This document shows positions 23,665 through 32,000 of a stretch of 32,000 nt of DNA, one piece after another (positions within the stretch are counted from its first letter, which is position 1; the number at the start of each line of letters is the position of its first letter). Made by a program: the position numbers and the translations under genes. This DNA is from Caldimicrobium thiodismutans (GTDB lineage Bacteria > Desulfobacterota > Thermodesulfobacteria > Thermodesulfobacteriales > Thermodesulfobacteriaceae): NCBI RefSeq assembly GCF_001548275.1, contig NZ_AP014945.1, forward strand, positions 1,710,001 through 1,742,000, written 5' to 3'. A model generated the notes under the pieces. It was not told where the DNA came from. It did no database searches and was given only the letters and a program-made list of their open reading frames with translations.

Positions 23665-25654
23665 TCCTTGCCGCTCTATTATAACCTATTCTTAATTTTC
23701 TTTGTAACATAGAAACAGAGATTTTTCCATACTGATAGGCAATTTTTAAGGCCTCTTGATAGAGTTCATCTCCCATAGGGTCTGAAGAAAGGGTCTCTTC
23801 CTCTGACTCATCAGCAAGGCTCTCTAAGTCAGCTAAATATTCTGGCTCTCCAAAGGATTTAAGGTAGTCTACCACCCTTTTGACTTCTTTTTCCGAGACA
23901 AAGGGGGCATGAATGCGTTGAAGATGAGAACTTCCTGGGGGCATAAAGAGCATATCCCCTGCACCAAGTAATCTTTCAGCGCCCTGAGTATCAAGAATAG
24001 TGCGGGAATCAACCTTAGAGGTAACCTGAAAGGAAATGCGGGCGGGAAAGTTAACCTTTATAAGGCCAGTTATCACATCAACAGAGGGCCTCTGGGTGGC
24101 TACGATTAGATGAATCCCTGCAGCTCGTGCCATCTGAGCAAGTCTGGTAAGCAGGGTCTCTACTTCTTTTGAAGAGACAACCATGAGATCAGCCAGCTCA
24201 TCAATGATAATTACAATATAGGGGAGTTTTTCCTCAAATTCTTCATTATAGGATTCAAGATTTCTCACGGAGAATTCTTCAAAGAGGCTATAGCGTCTCT
24301 CCATTTCTGAGACAGCCCATCTTAAGGCCCGCGTTGCCATATTAGGCTCAAGGACTACAGGATGAAGTAAATAGGGTATTCCATCATAAACAGAAAGCTC
24401 AATTCTTTTAGGATCTATCATGAGAAATTTTACCTCTTCAGGGGTTGATTTATAAAGAATACTTAAAATAATGCTGTGAATAAAAATACTCTTTCCGGAG
24501 CCAGTGCTTCCAGCAATAAGGAGATGGGGCATTTTTCTTAGATCAGCAACTACAGGTATACCGGAGAGGTCTTTTCCAAGGGAAAAAGTAAGAGGGGAGT
24601 TAGATTTTTTGAAGGTTTCTTCAGTTAAAATCTCTTTGAGATAAACCAGTTCTCTTTGAGGATTGGAGATCTCAATACCAATAACACTTTTCCCAGGAAT
24701 AGGGGCAACAATGCGCACACTTTTGGCAGAAAGCCCAAGGGCAAGGTCATCAACGAGACTTAAAATTTTGCTAAGCTTGATTCCAGGGGCAGGCTTAAAT
24801 TCAAAGACAGTTATAACTGGTCCGGGATTAATTCCTGTTACCTCTCCCTCAATTCCAAATTCTCTAAGTTTGGCCTTTAATAACAGAGCCCTCTCTTTTA
24901 ACTCTTCAGGTTTTATCTTGTATGAGCTTGTTGGAGAATCACTAAGTAAATCAATGGGGGGAGGAAGGGTAAGTTTCTTTGGAATAGAAACCTCTGGAGT
25001 TTCTTCAGACTGGACTTGGTGCTCGGAGAGAGGGTTTTTCTCACCTGTTTGAACTTTAATATCTCTAAGTTCTAAAGGAGCAGGACTTTCCTGAGTTTTT
25101 TCCTGGGGGATACTAAATTTTTCTTCAGATTGATCACTTTTAAAAAAACGCGCTAAAAATTTTGTCCTATCCAAAAGGATAAATCCAGGTATCAAAAGTA
25201 ACAAAATTATTAAAAGGAAAAAACCAGGCACACCAAGGGCCTTAATGAATAATGAGGATATTTCACCTATAAAACCCCCATGTAAGGGGAAGCGCATCCA
25301 TAAATATTTATCTTTTATTTCAAGCATTTCAAAAAGAAAAGAAAAACTTAAGCAAAGAGAGATTAATAAAAAGATATTGATGAGTATGATTTTTCGCAAA
25401 GAAAATAAAAAAAATAGAAGAAGATAGCTCAAAAAAGTAAAAATTGGAATAAATAGGGCAACTATACCAAAGAAAAAGATGAAAAATGAACTAAGATATG
25501 CCCCTAAGAGGCCCCCTATATTTTTTATCTCCTTAGCTCCCTCTACACCAAACCCGGGATCCTGGGGATGATAGGTAAAAATGGAGAGGCTCGCAAATAG
25601 GAGAAAACCGAAAATAAGAATATTCAGGAAAATGGTTTTTGTTTTAGGCTGCAT
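23576..25654 (-). CDS. ftsK: DNA translocase FtsK
   Basis: N-terminal polytopic membrane domain, linker, then the motor domain with Walker A (AGSTGSGKS) and Walker B (IVIIIDELADLM). C-terminal gamma winged helix (ISVSMLQRKLRIGYNRAARIVE.ME..GI). Confidence 0.95.
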   Translation of the reverse strand: MQPKTKTIFLNILIFGFLLFASLSIFTYHPQDPGFGVEGAKEIKNIGGLLGAYLSSFFIFFFGIVALFIPIFTFLSYLLLFFLFSLRKIILINIFLLISLCLSFSFLFEMLEIKDKYLWMRFPLHGGFIGEISSLFIKALGVPGFFLLIILLLLIPGFILLDRTKFLARFFKSDQSEEKFSIPQEKTQESPAPLELRDIKVQTGEKNPLSEHQVQSEETPEVSIPKKLTLPPPIDLLSDSPTSSYKIKPEELKERALLLKAKLREFGIEGEVTGINPGPVITVFEFKPAPGIKLSKILSLVDDLALGLSAKSVRIVAPIPGKSVIGIEISNPQRELVYLKEILTEETFKKSNSPLTFSLGKDLSGIPVVADLRKMPHLLIAGSTGSGKSIFIHSIILSILYKSTPEEVKFLMIDPKRIELSVYDGIPYLLHPVVLEPNMATRALRWAVSEMERRYSLFEEFSVRNLESYNEEFEEKLPYIVIIIDELADLMVVSSKEVETLLTRLAQMARAAGIHLIVATQRPSVDVITGLIKVNFPARISFQVTSKVDSRTILDTQGAERLLGAGDMLFMPPGSSHLQRIHAPFVSEKEVKRVVDYLKSFGEPEYLADLESLADESEEETLSSDPMGDELYQEALKIAYQYGKISVSMLQRKLRIGYNRAARIVEKMEEEGILGPSDGVRPRPVIGPRKPL

Positions 25655-25700
25655 ATCTAAATTTTAAGTCAAAAAAAAGAAAAAGAAACCTCTACAAGCC

Positions 25701-25726
25701 CTGCATAAGTTTATATTTTTACAAGA
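25701..25726 (+). repeat. Solo partial duplicate of the left end of the intergenic repeat
   Basis: CTGCATAAGTTTATATTTTTACAAGA here versus CTGCATAAGTTCATATCCTTACAAGA at 25776..25801, 75 bp downstream. Confidence 0.7.
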
Positions 25727-25776
25727 TTTCTTCTCTTCTATTTGGAGGCATGAAAGACATAGATACATCCCAGCTC

Positions 25777-25992
25777 TGCATAAGTTCATATCCTTACAAG
25801 AAAAAGGAAGTGGGGTAAAAGGGGAATTAGATATCTATACAAGGGAGGTTATACAAGTCTGAAAGTAACACAGGCAATCTTGCCTGTGGAGGTAAATTAC
25901 ACTCCAATGTATGAAAGAAACACAGACAAGAATGTCTGTGCTACAACAGACCCCCAAAAAAATTCAAGGGGTATAAAATTTTGAACCCCTAC
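25777..25992 (+). repeat. Copy 3 (full length, ~216 bp) of the dispersed two-hairpin intergenic repeat, between divergent ftsK and fhs
   Basis: About 94% identical by eye to copy 2. Hairpins at 25869..25888 and 25921..25940 are identical to those in copy 2. Confidence 0.9.
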
Positions 25993-26125
25993 TTAAGGAA
26001 AGATTTTGCAGATTTTTTATCCTTTCTTTCCGAAGGGGAACGGGTATGTGGAAAGATTTAATTTGTGTTAGGCCCTAAGAAAAAATCCTATAGAGTCTCA
26101 AAAGATATGGACTTATACACAGCTC

Positions 26126-26155
26126 TTGACATTAAATATCTTATAGTATTAAAAT
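26126..26155 (+). promoter_or_regulatory. Candidate sigma70-type promoter upstream of fhs (distal)
   Basis: TTGACA 26126..26131. The best -10 is TAAAAT at 26150..26155 (18-nt spacer). Preceded by AGTCTCAAAAGATATGGACTTA (26094..26115), the same module as upstream of rplM. Confidence 0.4.
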
Positions 26156-26278
26156 GATAAAAATAAAATGGTGCAAGTTCTCCCCTTGGTGATTTTTTCC
26201 TCAAGAGGAAGCCAGTTGTAAATTTTGATAAAAAGTGCTATTAATTTTAGATGATTAGCTTAATAAATATTCTGGATT

Positions 26279-26294
26279 TGGCATGAAAATTGCA
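26279..26294 (+). promoter_or_regulatory. Candidate sigma54 (-24/-12) promoter of fhs-folD-cooS-hdrA
   Basis: TGGCATG-AAAA-TTGCA matches the TGGCACG-N4-TTGCW consensus with one mismatch and exact GG-N10-GC spacing. It lies 35 nt upstream of the fhs ATG, and AAGGAGG (26316..26322) lies downstream of the predicted transcription start. Confidence 0.5.
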
Positions 26295-26328
26295 TTAGTG
26301 GAGCACAAAATAAAAAAGGAGGTGGACT

Positions 26329-28092
26329 ATGCAACTTGATCCAACCAAGATGAAAGACTGGGAAATTGCTTACGAGGCAGAAAAGAATATGAAGACCGTT
26401 TATCAACTTGGAGAGGAGATGGGTTTGACCAAGGAGGAACTACTCCCCTATGGTCATTATGTTGCTAAGATTGATTACAAGAGGGTACTTGAAAGGTTAA
26501 AAGATAAACCCAATGGTAAATATATCAATGTAACTGCTATTACCCCTACCCCTCTTGGAGAAGGGAAAACTACTACCCTTATAGGTCTTGTGCAGGGGCT
26601 TGGTAAAAGAGGGCAAAATGTTATTGGCTGTATCAGACAGCCCTCAGGAGGCCCTACTTTTAATATCAAGGGTTCAGCAGCCGGAGGTGGCCTTTCTCAG
26701 GTGATTCCTCTGGATAAATTTTCCCTTGGTCTTACAGGGGATATTAATGCAGTCATGAATGCCCATAATTTGGCCATGGTTGCCCTCACTTCAAGGATGC
26801 AGCATGAGGCCAATTACGATGATGAAACCCTTGCCAAGAAAGGCTTAAGAAGGTTAAACATTGACCCCAAAAGGGTTGAAATGGGCTGGGTGATTGATTT
26901 TTGTGCCCAGGCCTTAAGGCATATTGTGATTGGGCTGGGTGGAAAAAACGATGGTTATCCCATGGAGTCAAAATTCTGGATTGCAGTAGCCTCTGAGGTT
27001 ATGGCAATCCTTGCTGTAGCAAGGGATTTAAAGGATCTTAGAGAGAGAATTGGAAAGATTGTAGTTGCCTTTGATAAATTTGGTAATCCTGTTACAACGG
27101 AAGACTTGGATGTGGCAGGTGCCATGACTGCCTGGATGGTTGAGGCTATCAATCCTAATCTTATGCAGACTATTGAGGGACAGCCTGTGCTTGTGCATGC
27201 TGGCCCCTTTGCTAATATCGCTATCGGCCAAAACTCTATAATTGAGGATTATGTAGCTCTTAAGCTTGGAGATTATGTGGTCACGGAATCTGGCTTTGCT
27301 GCTGATATTGGGTTTGAGAAGTTCTGGAATATTAAGTGCAGACTTTCAGGCCTTATACCCAATGTCTCGGTAGTTGTAGCAACTATTAGGGCTCTAAAGT
27401 GCCATGGTGGTGCCCCCATTCCAAGGCCAGGGCAACCCATACCCAAAGAGTATCTTGAAGAAAATCTTGAATGGGTAGAAAAGGGCTGTGAAAATCTCCT
27501 TCATTGCGTAAATATCGTCAAAAAGAGCGGTGCTATCCCGGTTGTCTGTATAAATAAATTTTATGCAGACACAGAAAACGAGGTCAAGCTTGTGAGAAAG
27601 ATCTGTGAAGAGGCTGGAGTGAGAGTTGCCTATTCAGATCATTGGCTAAAAGGTGGAGAGGGAGCGGTTGAGCTTGCAGATGCGGTTATGGATGCCTGTA
27701 GAGAAACTCCTCAGTTTAGATTCCTCTATGAACTTGATGAACCCATCAAGACGAGGATTGAAAAGATTGCCAAGGAGGTCTATGGAGCAGATGGTGTGAT
27801 TTATATGCCTCCTGCTGAGGAAAAGATTAAGATCCTTGAGGCTAATCCAGAGTTGAGGAAACTTCCCATTTGTATGGTTAAAACCCATTTATCTCTTTCT
27901 GATGACCCTGCAAAGAAAGGTGTCCCCAAGGGATGGACTTTAAGGGTCAGAGATGTCTTAATCTTTAGAGGATCAGGTTTCATTGTGCCTGTTGCTGGAG
28001 ATATCAATCTTATGCCTGGAACAGCTTCGGATCCGGCCTATAGAAGAATTGATGTGGATGTGGAAACCGGAAAAGTTAAAGGACTTTTCTAA
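26329..28092 (+). CDS. fhs: Formate--tetrahydrofolate ligase
   Basis: ...[19 protein letters not shown]...L.......IRQPS.GP.F.IKG.AAGGG..Q..P......L..TGD; 587 aa, the canonical FTHFS size. Confidence 0.95.
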   Translation: MQLDPTKMKDWEIAYEAEKNMKTVYQLGEEMGLTKEELLPYGHYVAKIDYKRVLERLKDKPNGKYINVTAITPTPLGEGKTTTLIGLVQGLGKRGQNVIGCIRQPSGGPTFNIKGSAAGGGLSQVIPLDKFSLGLTGDINAVMNAHNLAMVALTSRMQHEANYDDETLAKKGLRRLNIDPKRVEMGWVIDFCAQALRHIVIGLGGKNDGYPMESKFWIAVASEVMAILAVARDLKDLRERIGKIVVAFDKFGNPVTTEDLDVAGAMTAWMVEAINPNLMQTIEGQPVLVHAGPFANIAIGQNSIIEDYVALKLGDYVVTESGFAADIGFEKFWNIKCRLSGLIPNVSVVVATIRALKCHGGAPIPRPGQPIPKEYLEENLEWVEKGCENLLHCVNIVKKSGAIPVVCINKFYADTENEVKLVRKICEEAGVRVAYSDHWLKGGEGAVELADAVMDACRETPQFRFLYELDEPIKTRIEKIAKEVYGADGVIYMPPAEEKIKILEANPELRKLPICMVKTHLSLSDDPAKKGVPKGWTLRVRDVLIFRGSGFIVPVAGDINLMPGTASDPAYRRIDVDVETGKVKGLF

Positions 28093-28116
28093 AAGAAAAA
28101 TATCAGGAGGAGCGAT

Positions 28117-29016
28117 ATGTCCGCAAAGATACTTGATGGAAAGGCTGTAGCAGAGAAAATCAGGCAGAATATAAAGAGAGAGGTTGAAGAGCTTAAAGGG
28201 AAAGGGATTACTCCAGGGCTGGTTACCATTCTGGTGGGGGAAAATCCGGCCTCTGTCTCTTATGTAACTGCCAAGCAAAAAACTGCTCATGAGCTTGGAT
28301 TTTATTCAGTACAGGAAAATCTTCCTGAAAATGTTTCTGAAGAGAAACTTTTGAAGATGATTGATAAATATAATAGGGATCCCCAGATTCATGGAATCCT
28401 TGTTCAGCTTCCTCTTCCCAAACACATCAATGAAAAGAGGGTTCTTTATGCCATTGATCCGAGAAAGGATGTAGATGGCTTTCATCCTGTCAATGTAGGC
28501 AAACTTGTTATAGGAGAGCCCTGTTTTATCCCCTGCACGCCTTACGGAGTGCTTATGCTTCTTGCTGAAACAGGAGTGCCTGTTGATGGGGCTGATGTGG
28601 TTGTAGTTGGAAGGAGCAATATAGTGGGAAAACCCGTTGCCATCTTGCTTATGCAGAAGAGAAAACCTGTGGGAAATGCAACTGTGACTGTCTGTCATAC
28701 CGGGACCAAAAATATGGCAGAACATACCAAAAGGGCAGATATCCTGATTGTAGCTGCAGGAGTCCCTAAATTTGTCACTGCAGATATGGTGAAAGAGGGT
28801 GTGGTTGTAATTGATGTGGGGGTTAATAGAATTGGAACCACTCCAGAAGGCAAGGCCAAGCTTTGTGGTGATGTGGATTTTGAAGGTGTTAAAGAAAAGG
28901 CAAGTTTTATTACTCCGGTTCCGGGTGGAGTTGGGCCTATGACCATAACCATGCTTATGAAAAATACTCTTGAGTCTGCCAAGATGTGGGCCGGGCTCCC
29001 CAGTGAGGTAGCATAG
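28117..29016 (+). CDS. folD: Bifunctional methylene-THF dehydrogenase / methenyl-THF cyclohydrolase
   Basis: ILDGKAVAEKI...PGLVTILVGENPASVSYV..K.K......G......L...........DP.IHGILVQLPLP......VDGFHP.N.G.....VVVGRSNIVGKP...LL.......VT.CH..T....PVPGGVGPMTI.MLM.NT. Confidence 0.95.
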   Translation: MSAKILDGKAVAEKIRQNIKREVEELKGKGITPGLVTILVGENPASVSYVTAKQKTAHELGFYSVQENLPENVSEEKLLKMIDKYNRDPQIHGILVQLPLPKHINEKRVLYAIDPRKDVDGFHPVNVGKLVIGEPCFIPCTPYGVLMLLAETGVPVDGADVVVVGRSNIVGKPVAILLMQKRKPVGNATVTVCHTGTKNMAEHTKRADILIVAAGVPKFVTADMVKEGVVVIDVGVNRIGTTPEGKAKLCGDVDFEGVKEKASFITPVPGGVGPMTITMLMKNTLESAKMWAGLPSEVA

Positions 29017-29046
29017 TGACTAAATTCACAAGTTCTTAATTTATTG

Positions 29047-29071
29047 TAACTTTAAAATTATTTTAAAGTTA
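29047..29071. promoter_or_regulatory. Perfect 25-bp AT-only palindrome (11-bp arms) 26 bp upstream of the cooS start; candidate operator or structure
   Basis: TAACTTTAAAA-TTA-TTTTAAAGTTA, read directly. Lies in the 80-bp folD-cooS spacer. Confidence 0.4.
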
Positions 29072-29096
29072 TAAAGATTTATAGGGAGGTGTTTTT

Positions 29097-31133
29097 ATGA
29101 TAGATGAAAGAGCAAGATTTGGTAAAGGGAGGCCCGGGGTGCAGACACAAACTGCAGAGGAACTATACAGTAAACTTAAAGAAGATGTGCTTACTGCTCC
29201 CAGAAGGGTTGAGAGGAGAGGGACTCTTCCATGTGCCTTTGGTAAGGGAGGGACCTGTTGTAGGGTCTGCAATATGGGACCCTGTCAGGTAGTGGAAGGT
29301 GTTGAGGAATTGAAAGGAGTCTGTGGAGCCTCTGCAGCTACAGTGGTAGCCAGAAATTTTGCCAGAATGGTTGCTGCAGGAACCTCAGCTCATTCTGATC
29401 ATGGAAGACATGTGGCTAAACTCTTTTACGAAGCTGTGCATGGAGAGGTTCCCTTTGAAGTGAGAGATAAGAGAAAGCTTAGAGTTGTTGCTCAGGCTTT
29501 TGGAGTAGATCCCAATCTTCCTGAAGGGGATCTTCTAAAAGAACTTGCAGATGCTGCTTTGAGAATATTTTCACAACAGGAGGGAGAAATAATTCTTACC
29601 CATAGAGCTCCAAAGCCCCTTCTTGAAAAGTGGAGACAATATGGAGTTGTTCCAAGGGGTGTAGATAGAGAGGTGGTTGAGCTCACGCACCGGACAACTA
29701 TCGGCGTTGACCAGAACTATAAAAATATTCTTATGGGGGCTGCAAGATGTTCTCTTGCGGATGGCTGGGGAGGAAGTATGCTTGCTACAGAACTTCAAGA
29801 TCTTTTGCTTGGAAATCCCCAGCCTATAAGGGCAAAAGTTAATATTGGTCTGGGGGTCTTAAGGCCTGATCATGTGAATGTGGCTGTGCATGGGCATGAT
29901 CCCCTTTTAGCTGATGCCTTAGCTCAGGCAAGTTATGACCCTGAGATAATTGAGGAGGCAAAAAGGGTTGGTGCTAAAGGAATTAACCTTTCCGGAATCT
30001 GTTGCACTGGAAATGAAGTTCTTATGCGTAAGGGGATACCTATTGCTGGATCTTTTATTCAGCAGGAAGTTGCTATTGCAACTGGAGCACTTGAAGCGGT
30101 TGTTGTTGATGTGCAGTGTATCATGCAAAATGTAGTTGAAATAGCTAAACACTTTCATACAGCAGTGATTACCACAAGTCCCATTGCCATGATGGAGGGG
30201 GCAACGCATATCCCCTTTGATGAAAAAAGGGCTTTAGAGGTTGCTAAGGAAATTTTAAGAACAGCTATTGCCAGATTTCCTCAGAGGGACCTTTCTAAGG
30301 TAAATATTCCCGATCAGAGTGTGGATATTGTGGCTGGGTTTAGTCATGAGGCCATTATGTATATCCTTGGAGGAAGATTCAGGGCAAGTTATAAACCATT
30401 AAATGAAAATATTATTAATGGAAAGATCCTTGGAATTGCAGCCATTGTGGGTTGCGATCAGTATAGAGTAAATGAGCCCATTCAGGTTGAGCTTGCTAAG
30501 GAGCTTATTGCTAATAATGTGCTTGTTCTTGCCACAGGTTGTTCGGCAACCAACATGGCTATGGCAGGGCTTCTTTCTCCTGAAGCAGCAAAGCTTGCAG
30601 GAGATGGTCTGAGAGAGGTTCTTGAAGCAGTAGGTTGTCCGCCTGTTCTTCACATGGGGGCTTGTGTGGATAATTCGCGAATTCTTATTGCAGCAACAGA
30701 GATAGTTCATACAGGAGGTCTTGGAGATGATATATTTCAGATTCCAGCGGTAGGATGTGCCCCTCAGTGGATGAGTGAAAAGGCTATCGCTATTGGGATG
30801 TATTTTGTTACCACGGGTGTTCAGGTTGTTTTTGGGCCTGATTTTCCAACCCTTGGAAGTAAAACTGTTACCGATTTTCTCTTCTATGAAATTGAAAATT
30901 ATTTTAATGGATGCTGGAGGGTTGCAAGGACTGCCAATGAGTTTGCTAATATTATGATAGATAGAATTAATGGTGGAAGAAGGGCTCTTGGAATTGATAA
31001 GCCCAAGCCAAGAGTCCTCTTTGATATGGCTATGAGAAGGGCTCTTGAAGGGCCAAGATATGTGCCTGTGTTCCATGGACTTGGTTGTTTTGGTTCCCAT
31101 GAAAAGCTAACCACTGAAGAAAAAACTGCATAG
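29097..31133 (+). CDS. cooS: Anaerobic carbon-monoxide dehydrogenase catalytic subunit (Ni-Fe CODH)
   Basis: N-terminal Cys cluster C.FG..G.CCR.C.MGPC, HGHDP, GICCTGNE, GCDQ... and C-cluster ligand context (...TGC....MGACVDNSR). 678 aa. Confidence 0.9.
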   Translation: MIDERARFGKGRPGVQTQTAEELYSKLKEDVLTAPRRVERRGTLPCAFGKGGTCCRVCNMGPCQVVEGVEELKGVCGASAATVVARNFARMVAAGTSAHSDHGRHVAKLFYEAVHGEVPFEVRDKRKLRVVAQAFGVDPNLPEGDLLKELADAALRIFSQQEGEIILTHRAPKPLLEKWRQYGVVPRGVDREVVELTHRTTIGVDQNYKNILMGAARCSLADGWGGSMLATELQDLLLGNPQPIRAKVNIGLGVLRPDHVNVAVHGHDPLLADALAQASYDPEIIEEAKRVGAKGINLSGICCTGNEVLMRKGIPIAGSFIQQEVAIATGALEAVVVDVQCIMQNVVEIAKHFHTAVITTSPIAMMEGATHIPFDEKRALEVAKEILRTAIARFPQRDLSKVNIPDQSVDIVAGFSHEAIMYILGGRFRASYKPLNENIINGKILGIAAIVGCDQYRVNEPIQVELAKELIANNVLVLATGCSATNMAMAGLLSPEAAKLAGDGLREVLEAVGCPPVLHMGACVDNSRILIAATEIVHTGGLGDDIFQIPAVGCAPQWMSEKAIAIGMYFVTTGVQVVFGPDFPTLGSKTVTDFLFYEIENYFNGCWRVARTANEFANIMIDRINGGRRALGIDKPKPRVLFDMAMRRALEGPRYVPVFHGLGCFGSHEKLTTEEKTA

Positions 31134-31148
31134 GGGGAAGTTTAAAAG

Positions 31149-32000
31149 ATGAAGAATCCCAAAGGACAGGTCTTAGTTGTTGGGGGCGGAATTGCTGGGA
31201 TTCAGAGCGCTTTAGATTTAGCAGATCTTGGATTTTATGTTTATTTAGTGGAAAAAAAGGCAAGTATTGGTGGGGTAATGGCTCAACTTGATAAGACCTT
31301 TCCCACCAATGACTGTAGTATCTGAATCCTTGCCCCTAAGATGGTGGAGGCCGGGCGGTCTCCCAATATTGAAATCCTGACTCTGACTGAGGTGCTTGAG
31401 GTAAAGGGTAAGGCTGGAGACTTTAAGGTAAAGCTTAAAGTCAATCCTCGCTATATTGACCCGGATAAGTGCACTGCCTGTGGGGAGTGTATGAAGTATT
31501 GCCCAAGGCTTGCTATTGATACTTATAACGAGAATTTGACCTTTACCAGAGCTGCACGCATTGATTTTCCTCAGGCGGTGCCAACTAAGTATTATCTTGA
31601 TCCTGAGGTCTGTTTACGGTTAAATCATGAGACCTGTCAGCTCTGTAGTAATGTCTGCGGGCCAAAGGCCATAAATTTTGATCAGAAGCCAGAGATTAAA
31701 GAGGTTCAGGTGGGAGCTATTCTTTTGGCACCGGGTTTTGGAAAGGTCCCGGTTTCTGCTCTGGAAAAATTTGGCTATGGGAAGTTTAGTGATGTCCTCC
31801 ATAGTCTGGAGGTAGAAAGGCTTACCTGTGTAGCTGGGCCTACAGAGGGAGAGGTTATTAGACTTTCAGATTTCAAACATCCCAAAAGGATTGCCTATAT
31901 TCAATGCGTTGGCTCAAGGGATCTTACCTGTGGCCAGCCTTATTGTTCAAGTGTTTGCTGTATGTATGCAGTAAAACAGGCCTCAGTCATTAAGGAACAT
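31149..32000 (+). CDS. hdrA: Heterodisulfide reductase subunit A-like flavoprotein, selenocysteine-containing (5' partial; runs off the window)
   Basis: Translation gives [69 protein letters not shown]..., continuing without any other stop to 32000 (284 codons). It includes a CxxCxxCxxxCP ferredoxin motif and GSRD....CSSVCCMY. The TGA at 31323..31325 sits where HdrA proteins have Cys or Sec (NDCS[MI][CU]IL[AS]PK). Confidence 0.85.

Noticed and set aside
24663-25052. 129-aa plus-strand ORF.
   Set aside because: It lies antisense inside ftsK, with no start context and no recognisable domain.
72-25992. The three ~200-bp repeats as a CRISPR array or as ends of a composite transposon.
   Set aside because: They are not CRISPR: the units are ~200 bp long, kilobases apart and in mixed orientation, and no cas genes are present. 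A composite transposon is unlikely because the bracketed DNA is mostly core housekeeping genes and no transposase lies within the repeats.
26156-26328. A ZTP (pfl) or THF riboswitch in the fhs leader, since these commonly precede fhs/folD.
   Set aside because: I could not find the conserved ZTP elements (GGGUCGUGAC...CCGGGCGGA...CCGCCUGGGCA-like segments) or any GC-rich pseudoknot core. The leader is AT-rich. A cmscan would be the decisive check.
28306-28725. 139-aa minus-strand ORF, plus 28695..28982 and 27973..28290 on the minus strand.
   Set aside because: All are antisense to folD or the fhs 3' end, whose protein signatures are unambiguous. No independent support.
30399-31100. 233-aa minus-strand ORF.
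   Set aside because: It is entirely antisense to the strongly supported cooS gene. The sequence is low-complexity (Ser/Asn/Ile/Lys-rich) with no motifs or SD, so it is a shadow ORF.

Overview
This 32-kb window comes from a low-GC anaerobe, probably thermophilic, with a Wood-Ljungdahl gene set. The lineage is Thermodesulfobacteriota- or deltaproteobacterial-like, but the taxon cannot be fixed from sequence alone. Coding density is high.

(1) 298..9547 (+): a six-gene type IV pilus tip / minor-pilin module.
- A 591-aa modular prepilin with Ig-like domains and a 13-Gly linker.
- A 1616-aa PilY1-like protein.
- Four translationally coupled minor pilins (FimT/GspH-, PilV-, PilW- and PilX-like).
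- No assembly genes are present in the window.

(2) 9.8..22.3 kb (+): housekeeping genes.
- MidA-like methyltransferase, rnhA, ubiX.
- A tightly packed block of a GcvH-like protein lacking the lipoyl lysine, then fabD, then korDABC.
- dtd, an Rpn-type PD-(D/E)XK nuclease, rplM-rpsI-argC, truA and an aminotransferase.

(3) 22.3..25.7 kb (-): a glycine-zipper lipoprotein, lolA and ftsK.

(4) 26.3..32.0 kb (+): fhs-folD-cooS-hdrA. hdrA is interrupted by an in-frame TGA at the known selenocysteine position.

The least explained structure is a ~185-215 bp intergenic repeat in three copies (72..256 reversed, 17941..18156, 25777..25992).
- Each copy has two conserved 8-bp-stem hairpins.
- Each is followed by a TTGACA -35 box.
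- I interpret it as a possible IS200/IS605-type non-autonomous element or a structured RNA.

Other points worth a second look:
- A near-consensus sigma54 -24/-12 element 35 bp upstream of fhs.
- A probable ATT start codon for the MidA-like gene.
- A 25-bp perfect AT palindrome upstream of cooS.
- A possibly leaderless pilin mRNA.

No rRNA, tRNA or CRISPR array was seen.

All calls rest on reading motifs by eye; no database search was run.
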